DNA from: Vicugna vicugna
Lineage: Eukaryota
Reading direction: 5' to 3'
DNA length: 64,000 nucleotides
NCBI GenBank assembly: GCA_013265495.1
Contig: MU060042.1
Location: 5,886,258-5,950,257, forward strand
The notes under the pieces were generated by a model that worked only from the letters and a program-made list of their open reading frames with translations, was not told the DNA's origin and searched no databases. Below are positions 23,538 to 36,799 of the stretch, one piece after another; the stretch's first letter is position 1, and each line of letters opens with the position of its first letter. The position numbers were made by a program, and so were the translations under genes.

Positions 23538-26500
23538 GTGAGCCGGGCCGCGCCGCAGAGCCGGCTGTCAGGGCCTGGAGGCCGGCAGGGCCGGTTCCTC
23601 CTTGGGGGGTGCTCTCTGCTTCCGCCCGGGGTTTGCTGTCCGCCTTGGCGCCCGTGGCTTCCTCCTGCCGTGTCTGGTGTCTGAGTCTGACCTCCTTTCT
23701 GGAGGCACCCAGGTGTGTCGGGGCGGGCCCCCCTGAAGACCTCTCCTTCACCGATTCTCTGCTTTCTGAAGGCCGTCTCCATGTGAGGCCCTGTTCGGAG
23801 GTGCTGGGATCAGGGCTTCGGGGACAGGAGTCTGCCCATAACGGGTTTTCAGACACGTGCGAGGTTTCTGTTTTCGGTGGAGCCTGGCGCGTGTCTGTGG
23901 TTCTGCCCCACCCCCACCCCTCTCCGCCTAATTGCCGTCCTCGTCCTCGTCGGCACAGATGGGGCCTCGGCTCAGCGACTCCCCAGAGCCGCCAGCCCTG
24001 CCGCGTTTGGAACAACACGGCCTCCCCCCCACCCCCCGGAGACGCCCGCTGCCTGGCTGTGAGCTCGGCACCTCCGAACCCTCGTCTGGGGCTGTTGGGT
24101 TTTCTTCTAACAGCGTCGTGGCTGCTGGTGCTCCGCTGGGTCCACTTACTCAGCCTGGGGTTTTTATTTTTAACTAAACAGCTTTCCCAACAGGTGGCCG
24201 CTAATGCCCCCTGCGGAGCGCTTTCTGCTGCAGGGCTTCTGTCGGGCATAGCCTGCACTCCGCCCTCCGAGGCCTCTGTCGCGGGCCGGGCCGCCCCCGG
24301 GAGGAGGCGTGTGCCGGGCACCTGTGCTTCTGCCTGTGGTTTTGGGTATTTGAGGCTTAGCGCTCTGTTTTCCTGCTCCTCTTTGTTAGGGGGCATTCTG
24401 GGGGCGAGGTGGGGAGCAGGCCCCGCTGGTGTCCGGCGGTCGTGCCGGGAGCGAGGAGAGCGCGTCAGTAAGCCACTCACCACAGAGCTCGCTCCCTCCC
24501 GCCCAGACCCTCTGTCCCCACGGCTAACCTGCACACGGTGGACTCAGAGCCACAGGTGGCCGATTTAATTCTCGGCCCCAAATGAGCTTAGCTAAGAGAT
24601 TTGTGGCAAAGAAAGAGCATGAGAACTGACGGTTAATCAGCTGCTGAACACTCGCTTTCTGCCGCGTGTGTAGGCGTCAAGGGGCAGGGAGAAAGCAGGA
24701 CTTACCGCTGACTCCTCCCTGGCTGGCGTCAGGGTGCGTCCTCATTTCTGTTGCTTAAGAAGCTGGTGTATTCAAAGTTACTCTCAAAACAAACCTATCT
24801 ATGAACCTGGATTTCATTCATCAATGTGGGAATTAAAAAACCCACTTAGAGGCATTTAAAACGTGTGGGAGCTGTTTCTGCAAGCTGTACTTCTTCACAA
24901 TTTTTATTTAAATAAAAAAGAATATTTGAAAGGTGACCTCAAGCACAGACTCACACGCAGTTCGTAACCTTCTGCATTTTCGTGACCACGAAGGTCCCCG
25001 TGGCTGATGAGGAGACTTGGGTGAACGTCAGAGAGAGTGAGGTAGTGACTGCAGCCGCGGCGACGACTCTGGCCTGCGGGTTTGGGACGAGGGGGCGGAA
25101 GTTCAGGTGGACCCTGGCGTCTGCAGGGGCTGCCACGACAAACATGCGGACGCTCAGTCCCCACGCGTCTCGCGGAGCCACACTGCCTTTCTGTGTGGTT
25201 ACAGGGGTGCCAGCCCGTGGCCACGCCTTAATTTGGTGGCTCCTGTGAAGACCCTGAATCCAAGCACGGTCGCCTTCTGAGGTCCCGGCTGGGGGCTCCG
25301 ACCGGGGACCTTTGGCGGGGCCAGCTCAGCTTGTGATACCTGGTGCTGGGGTGGGTGGGACCCTGGTGCCTCCTTCTTCCAGGCCCCTGGCTGCCGGGAG
25401 CCTGCGGGAACGCGGGTGTTTCTGGCGAGGTGTCCTCTGCGCACCAGGCATCTTTACCCCGGGGTCTGGGCGATGGCCTTGGGGCCGAGAGACTCTGCCT
25501 CTTCCTGCCTTGGCTGTGAGCCCTGAGTGAGGGGTGCTGCCCGCAGCACTCCCGTGAGTTCAGGCAAACAGACCCTGTGGACGCACCACCCTTCCCCCTG
25601 GGGGTTGAAGTCAGCTTTTCCCACTGTTTTGGTTCCACGCCAGAACACGTCTCCTGGTCCCCAGCGGCGGTACGTTTCCATGTGACCCCGTCCAGGTGCT
25701 CGGGGGGAGAGCGGGGTCGGCTGCTTGACCCATTGGGGCCGGTGACCGACTTCTTCCCACGGCGGCTGCTGCGCGTGCCCGAGACGGGGGGCCAGCCCAG
25801 GGGACGCCAGCAGGCGCTCGGGCCACACAGCTGAGGTGCGAGTGTGGGACGGCCTCTGGCGTCTGGGGTGGAGAATTCATCGGGGCGAGTCCAGTCCCCT
25901 TGCCTGGGTGCGGCCCCGCCGCGCACGCTGCTAGCTCTGTCCTGAGGGGGAGGAACTTTCTCGTGAGACGTGTGCGGTGCTGGCCCCTCCCCAGGGGTCT
26001 CGGTGTTGTGGGACCGTTTCCCCTTGGGGGCCTTTCTGCCTGGATAGCGTGTGTGGCACGCCCCTCGGTGCAGAGCGGTCCGACAGACCCCCAGGCGTCA
26101 CAGAACGATGCTGAGTTCTTGCCACAGAAGCTGTGCTTGTGAAAGCAGCAGCGGTGTTGCACAGGAGTGAATCGTTTCAGAGTTTAGACTTATTTTGGGG
26201 CTTAAGAACGGTGTTCCTGCCCTTGGAGCTCAGGAGACTCTAGAGCCCCCAGATGAGGGTTTTGGGTTCTGCGTCGGAGTCCGGCCACAGCCTCTTCAGA
26301 ACGGAGAGGGTCCTCTTCCCACTGTGCTCCAGGCTGCGGGTGAGAATGACTAATTCTGCCGGCAACAGTCACAGGCAGCGCCCACGGTCCCCTCGTCCGC
26401 ACGGTGGGGGTGGCCGGAGGCGGTGAGAGTGGAGGGGCCCTGCCAGCAAGGCCGGGGACAGGAGAACCTTCGCCGGCGGGGTTGTTTCCGGGTGGTGGTT

Positions 26501-26779
26501 CTCAGATGGTGGCTTTTGGAGGACTTCACGCCGACCCATAGGAGCTAAAGCTTAAGCGTCTGTGGAGCTGAACGCACTAGAGCGCCTTTCGGGGCGCTCG
26601 CGGTCCGTCCCGTGAACTGGCTTGCGGGCAGTGTCAGCTTTCGAGGTTTCAGCGTCGTTGGCGATCTGGGTCCAGCGTAATCTCTGAATTGTCTCTAAAG
26701 AGGCGAAGTCCATGAGGGTGTGGACTGAGAGGGAGCTGGGTTTGGAAGGCAGAGCGTCTCCAGAAGAGGCTTGTGACCC

Positions 26780-27310
26780 AACAGCGCGCGGCCGGACTAA
26801 CTGCCCGCCGTGGCGCGCGCCCTTTTGAGGGAAGACGCGGGAAGCAGTAGCCTCCCGGGGGCGAGGGCGGCGCAGGGACGGGGGTGCCAGGTCCGCTTGG
26901 TTCAGGGACCCGAGGCCTGCACGTCCAAACCGCTTCTTCCAGGTCTTGGCCGCGGCTGATGATCTGAGTGACGTTCTCGACTCTTAGGCCGCACGTAAGC
27001 GTTGGCTCCAGAAGCCTGACGGAGCCGTCGCTGACCCCAGCTGCGCTGCGTCCGCCCGTTTCAGGGTTTATCCCCGTTTGGAGTCAGATTGGGTAAAGCT
27101 GGAGGCTGGTGACCACCCCTAGCGCGTCACTCCTCCCCTGCGGCCCCGACCCTGGGCCGCCTGCGCTGGGGGCTTCAGCCAGGCCAGCCCCCGGCCCCCG
27201 CCGGCCCCGCCGGCCCCCAGCCCCCAGCAACCCACGTGTCACTCGTGGGTTGCTTTTCTGTTTGACATCACAAAAGGAAGCTCTCTGAGACTGAGCTTTA
27301 AAAGAGAAGC
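26780..27310. promoter_or_regulatory. Intragenic CpG island in the intron after the regulatory exon
   Basis: Dense CGCG/CCGG/GGCG content relative to flanks (by eye), ending in an E-box/CRE-like/ETS/TATA-like motif cluster. Confidence 0.6.
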
Positions 27311-29004
27311 CAGCTAGCGGGGAGCCTGTGGAATCGCAGCAGGTCTCTGCTCCACCCGAGCACTAGCAGGGCCTGTGCTCAGCCTCCGGGCCACCCGCTC
27401 AGGCCCTGTTCACAGTGGGTAGAGCTGGACTCTCGCCCGTGACCAGCTGCCCCGGAGCTGCCCCTCGTGGGCCTTTGCTCCCAGGAGCCCCGAACAGACT
27501 TCCCTCAAATCGGGGGGCGGGCGGTTGGGGGGCGCCAGGGGAGCCTGAAACCTTCCTACGACATACGTGTCCTGGGCCAGGTGCTGACATGCCGCCAGGG
27601 GAGGTGGGAACCCAGCAGACAGAGGTCTGACCTTGACCGCAGCCTCTCCCAGAGGCTCTTGCAGGTGGATTCCGTCCCCAGGGCAGCTGGGGCTCTGCGT
27701 TTCTGCTGGTGGGCCCCTCGCTGCAGGAGCACGTGGTCTTAGAGACTCAGACCCCCTGCAGCTCACGGAGCAGCCTCCCCCTGGTTCCCAGAGTCGCAGT
27801 TGACGCTGTGAAAGGTGCTTCGAGTCCCAGCTTCAGCTAAGATGTGGGTTTGAAGTGGAGGGAGCGGCGGGCGGGAGGCTCCTGCCCCGAGGTGCGGAGG
27901 ACGTGGGCCCCTGTTTCTCTTTTTGATGTTATTCTGTGGATGTCTGTAATTATTGGCCACGAAGAAGAGAAAGAGAAACTCAGATCCTTTTGTGTTCCTG
28001 GAGCCGATAAAATAATTTGCATCTTGGTGGCTTTGCACGCAGATTTTCACGTCGAGCCACTGAGATCTGAAATGCTGGCTGGTTGTGTGGGATAATCCAA
28101 ATGCCAGAGAGTGGCAGCCCCGAGACGGGTCACGCCCGGCCTGGTCCTGCGCAGGCCCCTCTGTCCACCCCAGGGCATGTGGGGGCGGGGCTGCACGCAG
28201 GAGGCTCAGGCACCAGCCCGGGCCTTCCTGGGTCTCCGACCTGGAGAGTTCCCAGACTGCTGAGCCTCGGCCGGGAGGAAGCGTCCAGCGGCGACACGCG
28301 CCAGTGACCACAGACAAAACAGAGCTGATTTCTGCTCAGACGTCTTCCTCTGGGGCAGGTGTGTTCCGAGCTCGTCTGGGGCCCCGCACACCTGCCACAC
28401 ACCTGGGCCGGCTGAGGCCAGGTAACGGTCCCGCCGGGGCTCACACACGTCATTGTGGTGGGGGGCCGGTGATCGTCCACGCTTAACACTAGACCTTCTG
28501 TGCAGGTTAGTGGGCCTTATTTGCCAATTGTTTCTTGGTTCTTGAGCAAAAACCTGTTCACGTCATGATGGGTTTGTTTCTTCAATGAATGGTTCTGAAA
28601 CACCTTCTGGAAGCTGGGGTTTGACATGCAGCAGTAGCTGAGTTTCAGTGAAGAAAGCGACTTCAGTGTTGTTTTTCCCTGAGATTTCCCGTCTGAGTCC
28701 GTCTGTGCTCTGGGCACCCTGCCGCCCCTCTTGCCCCTCACGTGAGGGAGGTTTTTTGGAGAGGAGCCGTCTGGAGCTTGGTGCCCACACCCCTGGAGCC
28801 CAGAGCGCTGCATTAATTATGCTCCGGCCTCCCGGTGCCTCGGAGGGTCCTCGGGGCTTCTGGAAATGCCTGCTTTTCTCTTGAGAGTCACCTCCCACAG
28901 GTGAGTGTGGCCACCCGCAGGGCAGCCACACTGAGCCCGAAGCTCATTAGGGCCGTCTGGACGCAGGGACCGGGCACCGGGCCAGCGAGCCCACGGCTGT
29001 GGGA

Positions 29005-29075
29005 GACGGAGTGCGGGCATAAGTCCCATCTTACAGACAGGGATGCTGAGGCATGTGGAAGTTCCTGGACGCACA
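29005..29075 (-). mobile_element. MIR core fragment
   Basis: cccatcttacagacagggatgctgaggca resembles MIR cccattttacagatgaggaaactgaggc. Confidence 0.45.
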
Positions 29076-29974
29076 ATCAAAGAGCGGGGAGCCGTGAGGT
29101 CTAGTGACGCGTGCGTGGTCACTGCAGGGCTCCAAGGCCAGGAGGCCCCAGTGACAGCCGCTGGGGTGCGTCACAGGGACCGGACACATGCCTGGAGGTG
29201 GCCCTGGGGTCTCACTGCTTTATCTTGAGCCAGAGGTTACGAGGAGGGGGTGAGGCAGCGGAGACGCGTGTGTGGTGAGGGGTACGGTGGTCACTCGCTG
29301 GCGGTGGCCAGAGACCACAGCGACGAGGGGGCAGCACCCAGCCGGCTGCGCCTGTCGGGCACAGGATCTCCTCGGGCCCGAGGATGGGCTCTGCTGCGAA
29401 CAGCGGGCGTCAGGATCTGAGCTGTTGCAGAGAGACCCTCCCTAGCTCCTGCGTTGCCCTGGTCCTCGGGAGCCACGTGCTGGCTCAGACATCTTCCTGT
29501 GGCTGACTTGAGAGCAACTGTATGTATTATGTCCTGAGCCACTGAAGTCTGTTTTAAACTTCGAATTTGGAAACCGAATGGCTACTATTTAAAGACTCTC
29601 TGGGCTTTTCTGTGGGCCCCATGTTAAAACTAAGCAGAGGAGGGGTGAGCTCTGGGGGTCGCCCGCCGACTCTCCTGGTGTTTCTGTGGTGGAAAGTACA
29701 TCGGAATGTCACCTTCGGGGCTAACTTGTGCCCCATCCTGCGTTACTCGGCGATTCTGAGTCTCTTCGTCTGTGAGCCATCCATGGCAGCCGGAGTGTTC
29801 TCGCCCTGAGCCTTCATCTCTGCCACGACTGACTGGCAGCAGGCTTCAGTGGCACCCGAGACAGCATTTGGGCCTGAAGTCACTGTCACAAACATGCTGG
29901 AATCTGCCCCCTGTAGTGTGAAGGTCAGAGGAGCAGCAGAGTTTTCCCATGGGGTTCCTCACCCAGGGGCGGAT

Positions 29975-30285
29975 CCTTCATCCATCTGTTCTTTCTCCCT
30001 TCCTGCCTTGCCTCCTTCTTCCGTCCATCCGTCCATCCTCCCACTCATTCACCCACCCACCCATCATCCACCCATCATGCATCCATCATCCATCGTTTGT
30101 CCTTCCACCCGCCCATTAACCCATCGTCCATCCATCATCCACCCACCCATCCATCCATCCATCCGTTTGTCCTTCCACCCATCCACCCACCCACTCATCG
30201 TCCATCCATCATCCATCTGTTTGTCCTTCCGCCCGCCCATTAACCCATCATCCATCCATCCATCCCTCCCTCCCTCTATCCCCTG
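29975..30285 (+). repeat. Degenerate (CCAT/CCAC/CAT)n simple repeat with a higher-order unit (catccatc...gtttgtccttccaccc)
   Basis: About 300 bp of ccatccatc variants; tttgtccttcc recurs three times. Confidence 0.9.
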
Positions 30286-33200
30286 GGTGTGTGTGACAGG
30301 CAGGGGCCCTTCCCAGCGCTCTTTGTCCTACTCCCAGAGATAAGCACGAGGGGACAGCAGTGTCCTCCCTCGTCCAGACAGTCCTGGGCCCTGGGGGCGG
30401 AGGAACCGGCTGCGAGTGCAGGTCCCCGACCTTGGGTCGGGGAGAGAAGCTCCCCCAAAGCAGCTGCCTGTCCGTCTCAGCTGGACCCCCGGACAAGCGC
30501 TCGTGCCGTCCCATGAGCTGGGCCCCGCTGAATCACGGGGATGCCTGGGGCCCTCAGACACGCCTTCGCCGTGTGTGTGGTCAGGGAGGTCTTAGGAGCG
30601 GGCCTGTCCTCCCGGGCGGCCCGCACCGCTGTGTGAGGGGAGCGCCGGGGTTCTGCCCTCGTGGAGGAGACCCCCAGAAAGCCATCCACTCCGGGGAGAG
30701 GGGCCGGGCCCCGTCTGCCCGGGTGCTGCCCGGCTCCCCCATCCCAGGTGCGGGGTGGCGGGAGCCATCGGGAAACCAGTCTGGGACGGCGCGGCCTGAG
30801 CAGCTTACGTGGAAGTGGAGTGGTTTTTTATGGAGGGGGTGCAGAGCAAGGATGACGGGGATTTTCCAGAGAGCTGGAAGGAAGTCTCTGCCTCCTTGGA
30901 GCTCTCCACGCTCTGCTGGTGGAGCCACTGAAAGCAATGAATTCTTTGGAAATTCCTGAGTCGCCATTATAAGAAAAAGAATCCCTCAATGGTGGCCTTG
31001 CCGGGCTTATTCTGAAAGTCTCAGGTTTGTGATCGAGTCTGAGTGGAATTCCTGACCAGATGCAGGCCTGGCAGGACTCCCACAAGTGGGGAGCCTGAGC
31101 AGGTGGGCTCCCAGACCGCCCTCCCCTGCTGAGCACGCCCCAGCGCTTGACCCCATCTGGGCCCCAACCCCCAGGGACCAGTCAGGCCCCGACGGGGCCC
31201 CTGGAGGGTCCTGAGCCCCACGCTGTCAGCGGCGGATGGGCGGGTGCTCTGTCCGCACGGCACCCCGAGGGCGGGCGGTGGTCCCTCCTCTCGCCTCGCT
31301 GGCCTCCTTCTCTTGTGCTGCCCAGACGTCCCTCGTCCCGCTGTTTACCCAACCCAATGTCTCCGTAAAGCACCTCCCAGCCCCTGGGTGCGTTGGCGCC
31401 TCGCGCACGCAGCTCCTGCCCCTGGGCCCTGTCAGCACCATCCTGAGTGACAGCGCAGTCGGGTGTGACAGCCTGAGACTCCCAGCCTCTCCAGGCACGA
31501 AGTCCTGCCTGCGGCCTCTCCCCTCAGCCCCACCCGTGCCGTCCAGACTCACCAGGAGTGAAAGGCTGGCTCTGAAGGAGTTTTCTAAAGGCCCATCCTG
31601 GACAGCAGCCAGCCCCTCCCTGAGAGGTGTTCCCTGGAGGGTGGGAGGGGCCCCCAGCACATGACACCTGGAGGGGTACCCGCGGTGGCACAACTGACAG
31701 CAGAGTGGGTGGCAGGAACCCACAGGCACTTCAAACCCCATGGGATTATCAGCCGAGAAACCCGGCTTTGCCTGGCGCACCCACCTGGCCTCTCCCCACG
31801 GCCCCTGGCCGCCCTGCAGAAGGGCCGGCCCCCTTGAGTGGGAGGAACCGTCTCCCCCAGGGCTTGGCCGGCGGTGTCAGGGGCCACGGCTGGAGCGTGG
31901 GCGGCCGCTGGGCGAGCTGGGTGGTCCTGGGCGCAGCCCCTGCTCCACGGGCGTCTGGGAGCCCAGAGACCCTGCATAACAGCCCAAAACTGAGCTGACG
32001 GCCTTTTTTAAAATCAGAGGGAAAAAACAAAACAAAGCAAGTAACAGGAGGCCCTGGCTCCGACTCTGGGAGAACGTGTTCCTTTCAAACGTGGGTAACG
32101 TCCTTCCCCTGAAGCTCTGGTGTCTCTCCTTGGGCGGATTCGAGGCCTGCCAAGTGCAGTCTGTAGCTTCAGCTGCGGTAGAGGCGTGAGAGTCCCAAAA
32201 GGGCACCGACCAGCTTTTTCCTAAGTGGTGAGTCCACATGGGCCCAGCTCTCAGGAGGCGCAGAAGTGAAAGGGTTCTACCCAGACCGTCTGAACAGAGG
32301 CGCTGCCCCCCCCCCAGCGCCTGTCCACATGATGAGGGCTTCAGCCGGGGTGTGCTGGTGGAGGCCCCGTGCGCGGCCGCCTGGGCGGTGGGGCTGGGGT
32401 GCATGTTGGTTCTCAGCGTGGGGTGAACACTGCCTTTCTGAGGAAGGAGGCTGGCGGAGGGGCCTCAGGCTGGGTGAAGAAGCCACTTTGCCGAAGTCAC
32501 TGCCTCCGGTGCAGAACAGTCGCTGAGCTCCCAGGGCAAGGGCGGAAGGTGGGAAAATGGGTTATTTTGGGGGTTTACAGCTAATATCCTTCACCGTTTT
32601 TCAATGTAGGTAAGCAAAAAGAAAACTGGCTCCCCGGCAGCTCCCTGACCGGAGCGTCACGGGGACGGCCGTGGCACGCGTCCCTGGGGCTGCTCGTGAA
32701 CATGGCTTTTGGGCTTTCACTCGTGTTACAGAAAACCAAACTTGTACAGAGTCCGAGACGAGTCACGAGTCCCCATGCTCACCCTTAACCTGGCCGATGA
32801 ACTCGGGGTCAGCTGGCCTCACCCCGACCCACAGCCGGTTACTTTGCAGCAGAATCTCAGACCTCCCTCAATCTTATCCATCGACACTGTGTGCGTCTTC
32901 CAAAGATAGGCACTCGTTTAAGAAACTAGTTGTGACGCCAGTAGAGGCCACGCTAGGAAGCTAACAAGTGCCTTGAAATGACCCCTTAACCGAACAAGTG
33001 AGTGTTCGGATCCCCGATGCTGTGTTATTTTCTTGGCAGTTGTCAAGTTCCGGCCCCGTTCCTCTCGGTCATTCCGGTGCACGGTGTCTGCCTCCTGCGC
33101 ACACAGCTGTGGGGGCTCGGCGGTTCCCCGTGTCCCATGGGGCACGCCTCTGTCCCAGGAGTTCCCTGCTTTTCCTCAGGCTGGTGGAGACCCCGGGCCT

Positions 33201-36079
33201 TGCTGGGATCTGGCTCCATGTTTGGCAAGTGATGGGCGCACGTCCCTCCACCGCACCTGGTGGCGTCTCTGGTGTGTGGTGGTTGGCGAAATGGTTTAAA
33301 CGAGATTTTCAGCTCCAAGTGGAGAGGCCTGGATTGCCTGGCCTGAGGCCTGCCCCGTTCACTGGCCATCGGGACTCACGGAGGGTGGTAGGGACTGAGA
33401 CGAGGCGCTCCCGGGGCCCTGAGCCCTGCTGTTAATTGAAGCTCGCTGCCAGGACCTTGGTTCTGAGTCGGCGTGAACGGTCTCCAGTCTCCGCGGTCGG
33501 CGGTGCCCTGAGCTGGGGCGCTCGGGCTGCACAGCTGGAGACTGTCACGCAGGCTGGTGTTCCTGGTGCCGGACCGGGGTCGGCATTGGTTGGAATCGGG
33601 AAGGGCGTAGGGGTTTCGTGCTGCAGAGGTCAGAGCTGCAGTCTGGCGAACACCCTACCCTCTCCGGTGCTGCTTCTGCACAGCTTCCGCTGCAGTGAGG
33701 AGGGCCGTTTATGAATCCCTGCGCACACAGGAAAGGCCAGGCTGGACGCACAGAGGCCAGGGGCAGCACTGAGCAGGCGTCCGCCGCAGCCGGTGGAGAG
33801 GAAGGGCTCCCGGGGGTCAGCGTGGGGCTGCTGGGCAGCAGGGTGGAAGGGCGTGGACGGGCCTGGGGACCCGAGCAGCTGAGCCGTCTCTGGTTTGGGA
33901 GCCCAGTGCGTGGGTGGTCTCCGGGCTGTGAGCTCAGCTTGAAAAAGTCCTTTACCCTTTTCTTGCATGAAGGAAACAGATTCAATAAGAAACAGAGGCT
34001 TTCTCGTGGGAAATGGAGGGGGAGCAGCTCTGGGGACGGGGTGATTCAAACCGGGAGTTCTCCCCACGGAGGCCTCGCCCACGCTTGTGCCCAGGAGGCC
34101 TGTCTCGCTTCCTGGTCCTCACACAAGGCGAGCGCTCCCGGGGGCCCGGTGGGGGACCGTGGGGCCGGCGTCACCCTTCAGCCTTGGCCCGGGGTGGGCC
34201 GCGGGCACTTGGCCCTGCCTGCTCCCGCTGCTCCGCCGGGCGGGGATTCGGGCTCAGAGGCCTCCTCGTCTTCGGATGGGAGCAGTGGGAACGCAGTTTG
34301 GATCCTTATTACCAAGCATGCAAACGGTTTTAAAAACCTCTTATTTGAAAGAATTCCAGAGTCACAGCAAGTTGCTCAGAGATCTGTGTCCCCTTCAGCC
34401 AGCGTCCCCAAAGCTGGCACATCCGTGATGGGCACTGTCGGCGCCTGGCCCCTGACGTGTGCGCACACATGAGCGCGCGGCCCCGCGGGGAGGGAATTGG
34501 GGTGGAAGGCGGGTCGAGGGCCCCCTTTTGCTGTGGTATTCCGTCACCCCCATTTCACTGGCAGGAGAACCTCGTGAGGATTCGAGGAAAAGATGTGATT
34601 TTCCGTTGGCCCCAGGCTCTCGTCTGGAGCCGGCTGAGGGCTCCTGCAGGGTGCAGGCCCTGTGGCGCAGACCCCCAGAGGACGGCCCTGGGTCTTAGTC
34701 CTTGGATCTTGACCTGCTGCCCTGGGGAGGGAGCCTGTTCTAGGCTTTGCAGACCGAGTGTGGCCTCAGGCAGGTCTTCAGGCCTCCCCCAGACTCCGCG
34801 CTCCCACCCCAGCACATGTTGTTCCTGGCCTTGTTTCCTGAGTTGGTCCTTCACATGAGGCTTACACGCCCCACGCCCCATTCTTCATGAACCATTAGAT
34901 TTTAGATACAGGCTTTTTACTTAGATCAACAGAATGTATAAGACAGCACAGAATGAATATAGTGAGCTGGACTTTCTGACTGGAGACGGGTACCCCTCCG
35001 GGGACGGTGCTCTGAAGTGGGCAGACGGTCGGAGGGCCTGCAGCAGCCCCTGTAAGACTGTTACCCACCGGGACCTGTGCCCCCACCCCAAGCCAGCCCT
35101 GCCAGGCCGACCTCGTGCGGAAGCCCTTGGCTCACGGGCCCCTTCCCCCGGCCCTGTGACGCCGACAACCTGCAGCTTCACCTGAGAACTGCCCCCATCG
35201 GCCACGGCCCAGGAAACCGATAAACGCATCTTGGAGCTTCCTGGATGAGGACGACTCCCCCCCACCCCCCGATGGCTGTGGGATGCACTCAGAAGCAACC
35301 TGGCATTTGGGATGGGGGCTCCTGGCTCTGCCCGTGACTTGGCATTTCTCTCGCCCGAGCAGACGCACGCTCAGCACACACACGTGTCTGCCCGGCTCTC
35401 GCTGGTCACGCGCTCCAGTTCTCCGAGGCGGTTCTCGGTGAGAACCAGCGGGCTGTGTCTCAGCACCGTGCTGACATGGACTCCGAATGGAAACAGCAGA
35501 CGGGAAGGAGCTGGGAGGGCGGCGGCCAGTTCAGTTGTCCCCTGAGGGAACCTGGGTTTAGGTTGGCCATTGACTAGAGGATTTTCAAGTGAAAGTTCTC
35601 CCGGAATCGGCCAGTGTGAGGAGGGGGTTCCCCGGGTTGGAAGGCCTCCCACTCGGACAGTGATTAGTCCACTCGCAGTGGAGTGGACTCGGGCTGAGGG
35701 ACACACAGGCCTCCTCCCTGCCTAGACCGAGGTGCCCTGAGGGGCCTGGCCATCCCGGCCTCCACTGGCTCTGACTGTTGGATTCTCAGGCCTATGTCCA
35801 TCGAATTTGCACGATTTCCAGTTAGGATTGTAAGTTTCTGGCTGCAGCAGCACCGATGAAGCCTCTTCTCGTGTTAGAGTCTTGGATTTTCCAGGTGAGG
35901 TCAAGGGCTCCCAGGCCCCTTCCCCCGGCCCTGTGACGCTGCAGGAGCTCTGGTTGCAGGGCAGCGTGGGCGGGCCAGACCCCAGCTCCTGTGCGAACAT
36001 GGGGGCCTTGCACAAGAGTGTGTCTTTTGGGGGCTGACCTGTGCCTTTTCAACGGGCAGGACCCTGGAGCATGTTCTGC

Positions 36080-36150
36080 ACGGCCTTTGGAGTCACAGAG
36101 ACCTGGTTTCCTCATGTGTAGAATGAGGCCAGCAGTGCCCACCGCCAGTC
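36080..36150 (+). mobile_element. MIR core fragment
   Basis: ggtttcctcatgtgtagaatgagg resembles MIR agtttcctcatctgtaaaatgggg. Confidence 0.4.
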
Positions 36151-36799
36151 CATGAGGGAAAACGAAGCTGGGGGCTCTGCGGGCGGGCCTAGCACACGTG
36201 CCCCTCCCTCCCGCTCCCCTCACCAGCGCCAAAATAACAGACCAGCTCCCAGACCCACCTCGGGCCCCACAGCCGCCCCCTCGTTTGCTGGCCTGGGGCT
36301 GCGGCTCCTTCCTGCCCTTGGTGGGTGCTCGACACCTGTCACGCACGAATCATGGGGCTGAGGCTGGGGCGAGGTCCTGATACGGAGCCCGTCGCGTCCC
36401 CAACAGTCAAGTCCTGCCACCCAGCTGGGCCCTAGCTGGTGGGAAGCGATGATTAGAACCAGGCCTTCCTGTTCTTAGGCTGAGCGGGTACCACTGTGAT
36501 TTTGAAAGACCTTTAATCTTACTGGGGAGGTTAAATAATTTATCTGCCTATCGTGAAGGAAAGAAAGTACTTCCAGGTCTAGTGTGGAGGAGTCTCCACC
36601 TTATTCAGGAAAACACTTCCGGGTCTATTGTGGAAGTGTTTCCATCTTATTCAGGAGGCTCGTCATGAAGACCCGAAAGGCTCCGGGCACATGAGCCGTC
36701 AAAGACGTTTAGAGGGCTGTGTCAGGGTGCAGTCCTGCCTGATGAGGGTTTAGACGCCAGCGGTGCAAGGTGAACTGCCCGCGGCCCCGGGGTCACAGG

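Noticed and set aside
22609-24534. 641-aa ORF on the minus strand, plus 208-aa and 112-aa antisense ORFs over the regulatory exon
   Set aside because: Shadow of a GC-rich coding exon; low-complexity A/G/R/P content and no recognisable domain.
29849-30343. 164-aa His/Pro/Ser/Ile-rich ORF
   Set aside because: Translation of the (CCAT)n simple repeat.
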